Source: an uncultured Planctomycetota bacterium (GTDB lineage Bacteria > Planctomycetota > Phycisphaerae > Tepidisphaerales > Tepidisphaeraceae). From it: a DNA stretch of 64,000 nt. Location: positions 86,529 to 150,528 of the forward strand of contig CAWJEN010000004.1 in the NCBI GenBank assembly GCA_963841915.1. Reading direction: 5' to 3'. This document shows, in pieces, positions 18,528-27,864 of the stretch. Positions within the stretch are counted from its first letter, which is position 1. Every line of letters begins with the position of its first letter. A program made the position numbers and the translations under genes. The notes under the pieces were generated by a model that had not been told where the DNA came from, did not search any database, and was given only the letters and a program-made list of their open reading frames with translations.

Positions 18528-20667
18528 GTGCAGATGCAAGGTCAATCGGGGCCGCACTCCAGGGGTGACATCGTGAATCAAGCTCGTCACCGGCGAAGGT
18601 TTCCCAGAGAGTCGTCGCCCCGGCGTCGAGCATCGGCTGCCACAGGGCCTTGACCCGCGCGACGGCGAGGTCCAGCAGGTCATATCGGCGAAGGGCGGCA
18701 ATGCCGTAGATCCAGAAGTAGGGCCCGAGTGTCGCTTCGTCCGGCTGCGGGTGCTGCAGCACGCGGACAAGCAGCCGTTTCGCTTCGGCGTCGTCGCACC
18801 AGCCGGCCAGAACGGCCCAAACGTTCGTCTGCTGACTGACTTGTGAAAGTTGCTTCCCGTCAAGAACACCGTCAGCGAAAACGTCACGACCCATATCGAA
18901 GAAGAGCGATGTTGCGGCTACGCGTCGACGGTCCACGCGTTGCCGAAGCGCTGCCGCCCGGGCGTCACGGCCGTCCTGTTCCTCCAGCTCGGCCAGGGCC
19001 AGTTCCGTCATCGACAGCAGCGCCTGCAATGCGGCGTTGATTCCGCGGCGGTCAATGCCCGGCTCGCCGACATTGTGCCAGCCCATGCCGGCGTGGTCGA
19101 AGAAGAGCTTCTGGTTGCCCGTGCCAACGGGCTCAGTCTCCTCGCGGTCAAACTCGGCTTCGACCTTGCCACCGCCTTGCAGTTTGGCAACATCAACGCC
19201 GCAGATGCCGTCGTCGTTCATCTGTCGCTCGAACCAGCCATAGAGGTTGCGTGCTGCGGGCAGGACATCGTGTGCGGTTGCAAGGTCGCTAGTCGCCGCC
19301 GCGTAGTCGCGGGTATAGACGACGGCAAGCAGCACATAGTCGAGCAGTACTTGTGGAAAGGCAGAATAGACGACGGTGCGGATCAGTCCGCTCTTCAGCG
19401 GCCGGGCGAACTGCTCCTTTACCAGCCGCTTCCATTGCGACGCGTCGCCTGTGAGTTCGTACGTCCACCGCGCGATCGGGTGACCGTCGCCGACGTAGCA
19501 AGCCTGTTCCCGCGTCGGACAATCCAACGGCACCTCTTGCAGCCCAACACGCACGGTGCGGATACACAGCGACACCACCTCATCCAACGCCGCGTCACCC
19601 GTTTGAAGTGTCGGCCACGGCAAGTCCGCTGTCGACGCCTCGACGCCGACCGATGTCACCCGCACATCACCCTTGAAGCCGCGCAGCATCAGGCAAACGT
19701 ACCGAAAACCTGAGTACCGGATCGCGGCGTAGTCGACGCGTCCGGCGTGATCTGGTGGCACGGTGATGCGGTTGGCGTAGCTGCCACCCTTCATCATGAG
19801 TTGCGGCCTCCCGCGGCCGTCGAGCGACTCGGCGAATCCGACATCGATGGTCCCGCCGCCTCGGCAGACGAGGCTGAAGGTCGGTTCACCGACGTGTTCA
19901 GCCCCGAGGTCGAAGACGAGCGCAACATCGCCCGCGACGATCCAGCCGTCATCGTCTTCCGGCACCATCTCTCGCAGCGTCCAGCCAGCGTTCATGAGCG
20001 AAAGGCCGTAGGCCGCAGTCTGTTTGCCGCCCTCGAGCGGCTGGCCGTCGGGGCCGATTCCGATCGGGTGGGGCGGCTCGTCGATGTCGAACACCGCCAG
20101 TAAGGTCTTCGCCTCGTGCGTCTCGTAAACCAGCGTCGGCAGTGGGTTGATGCCGACGTCGACCGCCCACTTCGGCGGGGCGGCTGCCTTTGCTTGCGGC
20201 CAGTGGTCATCGTCGTAGGTCGGCAACTGCCATCCGATCGGATGGTCGGCCAGTCGCAGGTGTTCGACCTGATCCAGCACGCCAGTCCGCCGCGGCGTCG
20301 TTTCGTCGTAGCCGGTGCGGTCAGTCGCCCGCCACGCCACGTAAGGCCGCCCAATCACCTCGGCCCACAGCCCGACATGCCCGATCGGCACGCCCGCCAA
20401 CGTCGGCAGCCCGGCGTCGTACACCAGCACGCACAAGACATGTACGCCGCTACCTAAGGCGTACTCGTCATACAGCCGCTCCTCCGGATGGTGCGGCGTC
20501 GGCCCGCGTCCGGCGTGCCGGCCGTCGATCCAAAGCTGGTAGCGCCCTTCGCAGTACAACCGCAGTGTCGTCGCCTGCTGAAGGCTGACGCGGGCGCGGA
20601 AGAGTCGAACGGCCGGTGTCGTTTCGTCGCCGATCCAGAGTGGCGTCGGGTCGAAGTCGGTCTGCAT
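18517..20667 (-). CDS. GH78 alpha-L-rhamnosidase-like glycoside hydrolase
   Basis: DCPTREQ, GFRY, GATTLWE, SRCHPWS motifs. Confidence 0.88.
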   Translation of the reverse strand: MQTDFDPTPLWIGDETTPAVRLFRARVSLQQATTLRLYCEGRYQLWIDGRHAGRGPTPHHPEERLYDEYALGSGVHVLCVLVYDAGLPTLAGVPIGHVGLWAEVIGRPYVAWRATDRTGYDETTPRRTGVLDQVEHLRLADHPIGWQLPTYDDDHWPQAKAAAPPKWAVDVGINPLPTLVYETHEAKTLLAVFDIDEPPHPIGIGPDGQPLEGGKQTAAYGLSLMNAGWTLREMVPEDDDGWIVAGDVALVFDLGAEHVGEPTFSLVCRGGGTIDVGFAESLDGRGRPQLMMKGGSYANRITVPPDHAGRVDYAAIRYSGFRYVCLMLRGFKGDVRVTSVGVEASTADLPWPTLQTGDAALDEVVSLCIRTVRVGLQEVPLDCPTREQACYVGDGHPIARWTYELTGDASQWKRLVKEQFARPLKSGLIRTVVYSAFPQVLLDYVLLAVVYTRDYAAATSDLATAHDVLPAARNLYGWFERQMNDDGICGVDVAKLQGGGKVEAEFDREETEPVGTGNQKLFFDHAGMGWHNVGEPGIDRRGINAALQALLSMTELALAELEEQDGRDARAAALRQRVDRRRVAATSLFFDMGRDVFADGVLDGKQLSQVSQQTNVWAVLAGWCDDAEAKRLLVRVLQHPQPDEATLGPYFWIYGIAALRRYDLLDLAVARVKALWQPMLDAGATTLWETFAGDELDSRCHPWSAAPIDLASALNQ

Positions 20668-20694
20668 CGCAGCGATGATAACCAAGCCCCTTCA

Positions 20695-22095
20695 TCACGC
20701 CTTTGCCGCGGCAAACTCCGTCGCGTCATCCCACGCCCGAAGCTCATTGCGTACATCGTCCGGCAAACCGTTCCGCTCGGCACCGTCTGCATCCTGCTGG
20801 AGCGGGTCGACGGCCAGATCCCACGTGCGATGACTGTGACCCTTGCGATCGAGAATCTCGAGCGTCGTGGCGGTCCGGCGACCGATGTGTGTCTCCCCGA
20901 CCTGCTCGATGATGCACGACGTCCCTTCGCCGCTGTCGCCAGCGAGCCGGTTGTTCATCGCGACGCCGCCCATGTACTCGGGTACGTCAACGCCCGCCGC
21001 CGTCAGGAACGTCGGCGCGACATCGATAAGCGAACCGACGCCTGAATCGACGTGACCCGACTTGACGCCGCAGCCTTCAATCATCATCGGAATGCGGTAG
21101 CTTTCTTCGTGCAGCGTCCCTTTGCCAAAGAGGTTGTGACTCGCCAGCATGTCGCCGTGATCGCTGGTGAAGACGGCGAGTGTCTTGTCAGTTTGTCCCG
21201 TCGCGTCGAGGGTCCGCAGCACCGTCGCCAGTGTGTCGTCGACCCAAGCCGTCGCCCCGAGGTAGAGCGCCGTCAGCTCCTCGAGCGACGCCGCGTCGGC
21301 ATCGGCGATGTGCGGCATGCGGTTCAGGTAATGCCGAAAATCCCACAGGTACGTGCGGAACGTGCTGTCGTGTGCCGCGGCATCGAAGTCGCCTGGCACG
21401 TTGGCGCGCAGCTGAACGTCCGCCGGGTCCACCATCTCTAGATACTCGGCAGGCATGTCGGCCAGCGGCATGTGCGGCGGACTGATGTTGTAGTACAAGA
21501 ACCAAGGCTGTTTCGAGGCCGCCTCGTTCCTGAAGAAGTCGCACACACGGTCGCGTTCGTATTCGACGCTGAACCCTTGCGGAGAAAATTCCGGGCCGCC
21601 GTTCTCGGTGAAGAGCTGTGCAGAATGGGCGTGGTGCGCCCGCGGGATGACATAGTCGTGGAACCCGAGGTGATGCGGCCAGGCATCGACGTGCCACTTG
21701 CCGACCGCTCGCGTGTGGTAGCCGGCCTCTTTGAGCAGTTCGGGCATCGTCTTGTTCGGGAATGCCGCCCGGGTCGGCGGGGCGTAGGCGTCGAATGACC
21801 AGCCCTTCCGCTGCTCCAGCGAGTCGCCGGTGGTGTATCGAAGCACGGGGTTACGGGTCGTGCCGGTGGCCTGCCTCGCGTACTGCCCGCTCAGCACGAC
21901 GCTCCGGGCGGCAACACAAATTGGGCAGTTGCTGACGGCCGTTTCGAATCTGGTACCGCGAGCGGCCATGGCATCCATGGCCGGCGTCAACGGCGAGCCG
22001 TCGCGACGCGTCGTCGTCTGCCCATACGCCCCGACGTCGCACCAACGGAGCTCGTCGCACATGATGTACAGCAGGTTCGGGCGGTCGGCAGGCAT
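20695..22095 (-). CDS. Formylglycine-dependent (S1) sulfatase
   Basis: RPNLLYIMCD, CVAARS..LSG, GKWH, PPHMP, TSDHGD motifs. Confidence 0.92.
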   Translation of the reverse strand: MPADRPNLLYIMCDELRWCDVGAYGQTTTRRDGSPLTPAMDAMAARGTRFETAVSNCPICVAARSVVLSGQYARQATGTTRNPVLRYTTGDSLEQRKGWSFDAYAPPTRAAFPNKTMPELLKEAGYHTRAVGKWHVDAWPHHLGFHDYVIPRAHHAHSAQLFTENGGPEFSPQGFSVEYERDRVCDFFRNEAASKQPWFLYYNISPPHMPLADMPAEYLEMVDPADVQLRANVPGDFDAAAHDSTFRTYLWDFRHYLNRMPHIADADAASLEELTALYLGATAWVDDTLATVLRTLDATGQTDKTLAVFTSDHGDMLASHNLFGKGTLHEESYRIPMMIEGCGVKSGHVDSGVGSLIDVAPTFLTAAGVDVPEYMGGVAMNNRLAGDSGEGTSCIIEQVGETHIGRRTATTLEILDRKGHSHRTWDLAVDPLQQDADGAERNGLPDDVRNELRAWDDATEFAAAKA

Positions 22096-22153
22096 GGCGT
22101 GACCATATCCGCGAGCCGACTAGGCCTTGCTTCTGTGTCATGACAAACAACAG

Positions 22154-22182
22154 AAAGGCCCCGTCGCGTGGCGACGGGGCCC
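22154..22182 (-). terminator. Intrinsic terminator after the beta-barrel gene
   Basis: GGCCCCGTCGC...GCGACGGGGCC hairpin with a T-rich tail on the minus strand. Confidence 0.7.
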
Positions 22183-22213
22183 CAGATAGCGGTCTGTAGC
22201 TGGCGAATCGTGA

Positions 22214-22735
22214 TCAGAGCACGACACCGACGCCGAGGCGGAACAGGAACGAGCCGTCGTCGAAGGCTTCGTCGGCCTCGTCGCCGTCCTCGAAGAAGAA
22301 CTGGTACTCCACCTGGCCGAAGATGAACCAGTTATCTTCGATGAAGTACTTCACGCCGCCCTCGGGGCCGGCGAAGAAGGTGTCGGTGACGGCGTCGCCG
22401 TAGTTGTAACCGAGGCTGGCACCGATGAAGGGCTGCAGCTCGCCACCCGGATCGCCGAAGTGGTAGTTACCGAACAGCGCGGTCGAGCCGTTGGTGTTGG
22501 AGCCACCGAGGTCGTTGAAGCCGAGCGTCTGACGGACGCCACCTTCGAGCTGGTCGCTGAAGAAGTAGCCGAGCGTGCCACCGACGCGGATGTCGGTGCC
22601 GTTGACGTTGACGTCGGTTTGGGCAAAGCCGTCGAGGCGGATTTCGTAGTCGCCTTCTTGAAACTGCGCCGAAGCAGGCGCGGCAAGGGCGGCGGTGGTG
22701 AGGCCGGCGGCGACGAGGAGGGTGCGGTTGGTCAT
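22214..22735 (-). CDS. Small outer-membrane beta-barrel protein
   Basis: Signal peptide ending ASA-Q; alternating aromatic beta-strands (GYFF, NYHF, GVKYF); terminal strand FRLGVGVVL. Confidence 0.8.
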   Translation of the reverse strand: MTNRTLLVAAGLTTAALAAPASAQFQEGDYEIRLDGFAQTDVNVNGTDIRVGGTLGYFFSDQLEGGVRQTLGFNDLGGSNTNGSTALFGNYHFGDPGGELQPFIGASLGYNYGDAVTDTFFAGPEGGVKYFIEDNWFIFGQVEYQFFFEDGDEADEAFDDGSFLFRLGVGVVL

Positions 22736-22873
22736 GGTCAAGGTTGGGTTAGAGATGCGAATCGAAGCGTTACCGCTCATCGTAACGAGTTTGCGGCCGA
22801 TGCCGATCCGATGCATGTTGTATGTGCAAGGCGCAAAGGTGGGAACCAACCATTTTCGATGCGAGATTCCGCA

Positions 22874-23848
22874 TCAGCCTCTAAGCACCACCTCCGCCGC
22901 CGACCAGCCGGACCGCCACGCGTCGGCCACCTTGTCACCCAGTAGCCAGTCACCAGCAACGACTACGCGTCGATCAGCCGTATGCAGGACAGGCCGACCG
23001 ATAGGGTCTGCAGCCGACGCGTATCGCCATCGGTGGGCCGTTGCGTGCGTCGGCGATGTCGTCTTGCCGATAATGTTGGCGACCTGTTTCGACGCCTCGC
23101 CTGCCACCTCATCGGGGAGTGCTTCGAGAAACTGATTCGACCAATTATGATTCATGTGTGCCACCCAACCACCGGCTGCAACGCTAAACAACCAGGAGAC
23201 GGCACCGCCCGTCACTCGCGCCGCATCGAATCCCGCTTCGTCACCGTCCGGCCAGGCCAGCATGACCGCCCAGGTCGGCCGCATCACGACGGCTGCTGCC
23301 TGATCGGAAAGATCAGTCTGCGAGTGGCGTAGCAACTCTGCGGTCTGCGGTGCCGGACAGGCGACAATGATGCTGTCGAAACCGTCGACGCTGTCAGTGT
23401 CGTTGAAGTCGAGGCGGCCGTCACCGACCGAGATGACGCGACGCTGCGGGTTGAAGGTGACGCCCGCCGTGGCCGCCAGGAACTTGCACACGCTGTTCAT
23501 GCCCGGTGTTCCAACAAACCGAATCTCCGGCTGAGCCGCTTCGGGTAATCGCTCCTTCGGAAGCTCCATCACTTGGCCCGAGTACGGCTCGATAAGGCCG
23601 GCCGCCTGCCATCGCTCGACTTCTACCGCGAATGCTGCATGCCCATCGGTGGTGAACAGCGTGACCCCGTGCGGGAAGCAAAGCTCGCCGAGCCCTTCGA
23701 TGGTGGCGCGTCGGACGCTCATGCGGCCGCCTGGGCTGCGGGCCTTGTCGAAGATGTCGACGCGGCAGCCGGCTTGAGCAAGGCGTGCCGCTGAAGTCGT
23801 CGCAGCAAGGCCGCCCCCGACTACCGCCACACGTTTAGGAGCATCCAT
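22874..23848 (-). CDS. NAD(P)/FAD-dependent oxidoreductase (renalase-like)
   Basis: VAVVGGG Rossmann motif, DKARSPGGRM, HRWRYA, AGDW...AWRSG. Confidence 0.88.
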   Translation of the reverse strand: MDAPKRVAVVGGGLAATTSAARLAQAGCRVDIFDKARSPGGRMSVRRATIEGLGELCFPHGVTLFTTDGHAAFAVEVERWQAAGLIEPYSGQVMELPKERLPEAAQPEIRFVGTPGMNSVCKFLAATAGVTFNPQRRVISVGDGRLDFNDTDSVDGFDSIIVACPAPQTAELLRHSQTDLSDQAAAVVMRPTWAVMLAWPDGDEAGFDAARVTGGAVSWLFSVAAGGWVAHMNHNWSNQFLEALPDEVAGEASKQVANIIGKTTSPTHATAHRWRYASAADPIGRPVLHTADRRVVVAGDWLLGDKVADAWRSGWSAAEVVLRG

Positions 23849-23856
23849 GTCCGACG

Positions 23857-24258
23857 CTAAGCCCGCCTGCCGGACGGCTGTCTCACGACTCGACACCATG
23901 GGCACGCGCAGTCGCCCGTCGGCTTATGCTCCGGGCACTGTTCACTTGGGTCACGCGCTTTGTCGGCCACCGGGCACCCGCAGCCGGGTTCGGCCAAGGG
24001 GTCCACGAGATTACGCTTCGTCATCGGCCTGCCACAGTGTTCGGTGCCATTGTCGATGACGAGGAGCGGGCACCCGCGACAGGCGGACCGTCGCTCCCGC
24101 CAATCTTCGGCCACCGCCATGACGCCGCCGTCCCGTGCCCGCGACTGCACATACTTGGCAGCAGCACGGCTCCAGACGCGAAATCCTTTAGCCCGATGAC
24201 GCGTCTTCTGAAACGCAGTTTTTGATGAACCACCGGCACCACAACGCGAGCATGCCAT
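23857..24258 (-). CDS. Small Cys-rich putative metal-binding protein
   Basis: CxxC, RxxxCxxC, CG..CGC..K..CP and CxCxxC motifs; fills the gap between neighbouring genes. Confidence 0.55.
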   Translation of the reverse strand: MACSRCGAGGSSKTAFQKTRHRAKGFRVWSRAAAKYVQSRARDGGVMAVAEDWRERRSACRGCPLLVIDNGTEHCGRPMTKRNLVDPLAEPGCGCPVADKARDPSEQCPEHKPTGDCACPWCRVVRQPSGRRA

Positions 24259-24367
24259 GTCTTTGCTATCGACCAGGTGCGGCCTGACAGTCAAGGCCGC
24301 ACACGGCGACGTTGGTCGCTACCGTGGATCAAGCCGCTGCCGATGACGGCTTGTTGTTCGAGAGGTC

Positions 24368-26143
24368 ATGCTACTTCGCGACCCGCACCAGCTTCCCGCC
24401 CGAACCGCTGCCTTGTCGGCCGATGTGCAGCAGGGTCACGTCGATGCATTGCAGTACTCCTCCGACGTCTACGGCTGGCGTCCGACGTGGGCCGACACCG
24501 TGCTCCGGGCTCGGCCGCTGATGATTAGCTTGTGGATTGTCATTCAGCTCGCCTCCTTCAACGGCATGTGGCGTGTCGGCCACGACTCGGCCCTCTATCG
24601 CAGCGTCGGCCACTCCTTAGCCATCGGCCACGGCTACGCCATCAGTGGCGAAGCTCATGACCACGTCTACCCGGGCCTGCCTTACCTACTGGCGGGACTC
24701 GAACGCGTCTTCGGTGCCGAAATCGCCTGGCCCGGCGTTCTGGCAATGCTGCTGTCGGCAACGCTGACGGTCGGCTTCGTCTATCTCCTCGCCCGCCGCA
24801 TCCTGCCCGATTGGGCGGCCACCCTGGTCACCGCTGGAGTCGCCTTCAACTGGCGATTTATCCAACAGGCGCACGAGCTCATGACCGACGCGCCGTTCCT
24901 GCTGGGCGTCGTGCTGGCGATGCTCGGCTTCGACCTGACGCGGCACCGGCGGACGCTGCTCGTCGGGGTCGCCGTCTCCGTCATCGGGCTCGCCCTGGCA
25001 GCGGTCATGCGGCCGACGGCCTGGGTGCTCTTTGCCTCGGCGGGCCTGTGGGCAAGCTGGCTCACGGTCCGGAACCTGGTCTCGCGTGATCCTGCGCGTC
25101 GCAGACGCGGTTACTGGTTCGGCGGCGTGGTCATCACCATCGGCAGCGTCGTGGCCGGGTTTCTCCTACTCGATCCACGAACCGGCACGAGTGGCAGTTT
25201 CGGGCAGTATGAGCAGGAACTTATCGATCGCTTCTCCCTCTTCGTGGGCGACACCGATCGGCTCCGCGTGCTGCCACGAGCCCTTTGGACGATCGTCGAC
25301 GACGACCTGCCGCGACTGTTCTTTGGCGAACGCGTTACGGGCCTCAACCCCTTTTTCACCCTCGCGCTTTTCGGTGGTGTCGGTCTGGTGGCCTTACGGC
25401 GGGACGATCCATCGAAGCGGCGACCGCTTTGGTCGCTGACGGTCGTGGTGTTGGTCGTCGTCTGCCTGTTGCTCAGCAGCGAGCCACGTTACTGGTTAAT
25501 GGTGCTGCCGATCCTGTGGGCGGGCTGGTTGCTGGGCTTGATGCAGGGCGCCCGCAATTGGTTCAAGACGCCGCTCGGCCGTAGTCGCTGGGTGGCGGCT
25601 GGTCTGATCATGGTCTTCCTCGGCAATTCAATCAGCATCGTCAAGCTCATCATCGAGCAACGGTCGACGCCATTCCTGGAGAGCTACAAGCAGGGCGAGT
25701 ACGCACCGCTCGAGAAGTTTGCCACGACATTGCGAGCCGGCACGCAGCCGGGGGACGTCATCATTGGTCCACACGCATCGGTGCTGAGCTACTGGACGGA
25801 CCGGCCCGTCATCGGCGCCCGCGAGATCGGGTTCGGCCACATCAGCGACACACCCGGTCGCATCAGGGCAGTCCGAGACAGCGGGGCCACGTGGATGGTG
25901 TTTCCGCATCAGCCTTACGACAACCGCGATGACAAGCTGTTTCGTCTGATCCGCCAAGGCCTCATCTACGCGGCGAACGAACGCGACGACGAAGCGATCA
26001 CACTCGAGGTGATCGACCACAAGCAACGCAAGCGAACGTGGTGGGCGGCACCGTTTCAGGTCGACGAGCGGATTCTACCTGACGCCGACCGTAAGCATTG
26101 GCCGGCCGGCGAGAGATTGCCGACGGACACGGGGGCCAAGTGA
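24368..26143 (+). CDS. GT-C fold (ArnT/PMT-like) membrane glycosyltransferase 1; start uncertain
   Basis: HDSALY..GHSLA.GHGY, YPGLP, MTDAPF, PRYWL motifs; many TM helices and a periplasmic C-terminal domain. Confidence 0.75.
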   Translation: MLLRDPHQLPARTAALSADVQQGHVDALQYSSDVYGWRPTWADTVLRARPLMISLWIVIQLASFNGMWRVGHDSALYRSVGHSLAIGHGYAISGEAHDHVYPGLPYLLAGLERVFGAEIAWPGVLAMLLSATLTVGFVYLLARRILPDWAATLVTAGVAFNWRFIQQAHELMTDAPFLLGVVLAMLGFDLTRHRRTLLVGVAVSVIGLALAAVMRPTAWVLFASAGLWASWLTVRNLVSRDPARRRRGYWFGGVVITIGSVVAGFLLLDPRTGTSGSFGQYEQELIDRFSLFVGDTDRLRVLPRALWTIVDDDLPRLFFGERVTGLNPFFTLALFGGVGLVALRRDDPSKRRPLWSLTVVVLVVVCLLLSSEPRYWLMVLPILWAGWLLGLMQGARNWFKTPLGRSRWVAAGLIMVFLGNSISIVKLIIEQRSTPFLESYKQGEYAPLEKFATTLRAGTQPGDVIIGPHASVLSYWTDRPVIGAREIGFGHISDTPGRIRAVRDSGATWMVFPHQPYDNRDDKLFRLIRQGLIYAANERDDEAITLEVIDHKQRKRTWWAAPFQVDERILPDADRKHWPAGERLPTDTGAK

Positions 26144-27831
26144 GTGCAGCTGTTCGCTGGTTGCGTCAAGCAGACGGTTTAGGCGTCGTCGCGCTGATCG
26201 TGTCGCTGCTGACGCTGTTTGGGCTTGTGCACAATCCTTGGTGGGTGCCGACCGGTGACAGCGAAGTCTTCCTAGTCACGGCTCGCAACTTCTACAACGG
26301 CGACGGGCTGACCTTTCTTGGCGATCCGCTGCGAGTCGCGCCGCCAGGATGGCCGATCGTGCTGGCCTTTCTCATGTGGCTAGGCGGCGGGCTCATCGCG
26401 GTACTGAAGCTGGCACAGATTGTGTTCATGATCGGCGGTCTGCTGCTCATGTACTTCGTACTGCGCGGCGGGCTCGATGCGTCGCCGAGACAGGCTGTCC
26501 TCGCGACGCTGCTCGCTGCCGTCTGCTCGCCGCTGTATCCGCTGACGTTCTGGTTGCACTCCGACGCGTTGTTCATGCTGCTCGCCGGTGGAGCGACGCT
26601 GGCCGCTGTGCGATTCGGCCGCGGCGAGGCCGTGGCATGGCTCGTTGCCGCCGTCGTGCTCGTAGCCCTCGGCATCGTCGTCCGCTGGGCAGGGTTCGTC
26701 TTTGCACCCGTTGTAGCGTTGGCGTGTCTCAGTGGTCGCCAACGACGTGGCATCGTCGGTATGTGCGTCGTCGGCCTCGCCTCGCTGATCTGGTTTGCCT
26801 TTCTTTACGGCATTGTGACCCGCGACGCGGCGGTCACCGCTCTGGCCGTCGCCGACGCACCAGACCTGCTCATCCGCGAGCGACCTGACCTGTCACTGGT
26901 GGGCGAGTTGCTGGATCGGTTGACACGGCTTCCGAATTGGGTCGGCTGGACGTTCTTCGCACCAATGCGGTTCCTGGCCTTCGGCACACACGACATGGGC
27001 CAATTCATCAATACCTTCGTCGGCACCCTGGCCACGTCGCTCATCATCGTCGCCGCCGTTCTTGACGTCCGGCGTGGTCGCTGGCTTATGGCCGGCGTCT
27101 TGACCTACATCATTGCGCTCGCGGTGATCTGGCCGTTTCCGAATCCGCGGTATCTCGTTCCGGTCCTGCCGCTGGCGATCTTTGCCATCACAACGTCTTT
27201 GTCGAGACTGGCAACTTGGAAGGTTGGCCCGCTCTGGCGGACGCTGCGGTGGTCGTTCGTCGCCGCGTTGCTGGCCGTCAACGGCTCGATGTGGCTTGTC
27301 GACGTTTGGGTGGCGAGGGCATCGACGCCACGCGACTTCTACAACCGCTACGAGGCCGGTATCCACCTGTCGCTCCTGGAGTCAGCGTGGCGGCTTCGCA
27401 ATGTCGACGGCAACGTCGCGTACAGCGGCCGCTACGAAAATCTTAACGAGCTGTGGGTCTATCACCATCCAAGACGCGTGATCGCCTATCTCGCCGGCCG
27501 TGACGCGTTGCAGGCTCCGATGATCAACAACGGCCGACGCGTCAAGGCGGCGCAGCAATGGTCGCGCGACAACGACATCAGCTGGTACGTCCACCAGAAT
27601 CCGACCGTCCCGGGCCGAGTCTGGCACTTTCGCCTGACGCCTGAGGAACACGGATTGGTTATGGGCGACCCGTCGCACTCGCTCATCGAGCAGTTCGAGC
27701 TGTACGAAATGCGGAATCACGCCAAGCCTGGCCACCCAGTGATGCTGTGGCTCGACGCTGCCGTCCCGCCACCGCTGACTGACGAAGAAATTCAAGTCAT
27801 TGCATGCCGGGTCCCGGATCTGGGCACCTGA
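26140..27831 (+). CDS. GT-C fold membrane glycosyltransferase 2
   Basis: GDSEVF..ARN..GDG, PPGWP, HSDALF, VRWAG, PRYLVP motifs. Confidence 0.78.
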   Translation: MSAAVRWLRQADGLGVVALIVSLLTLFGLVHNPWWVPTGDSEVFLVTARNFYNGDGLTFLGDPLRVAPPGWPIVLAFLMWLGGGLIAVLKLAQIVFMIGGLLLMYFVLRGGLDASPRQAVLATLLAAVCSPLYPLTFWLHSDALFMLLAGGATLAAVRFGRGEAVAWLVAAVVLVALGIVVRWAGFVFAPVVALACLSGRQRRGIVGMCVVGLASLIWFAFLYGIVTRDAAVTALAVADAPDLLIRERPDLSLVGELLDRLTRLPNWVGWTFFAPMRFLAFGTHDMGQFINTFVGTLATSLIIVAAVLDVRRGRWLMAGVLTYIIALAVIWPFPNPRYLVPVLPLAIFAITTSLSRLATWKVGPLWRTLRWSFVAALLAVNGSMWLVDVWVARASTPRDFYNRYEAGIHLSLLESAWRLRNVDGNVAYSGRYENLNELWVYHHPRRVIAYLAGRDALQAPMINNGRRVKAAQQWSRDNDISWYVHQNPTVPGRVWHFRLTPEEHGLVMGDPSHSLIEQFELYEMRNHAKPGHPVMLWLDAAVPPPLTDEEIQVIACRVPDLGT

Positions 27832-27864
27832 CACGAAGTTCCGGCCGACTTAACCTGCTGCACG

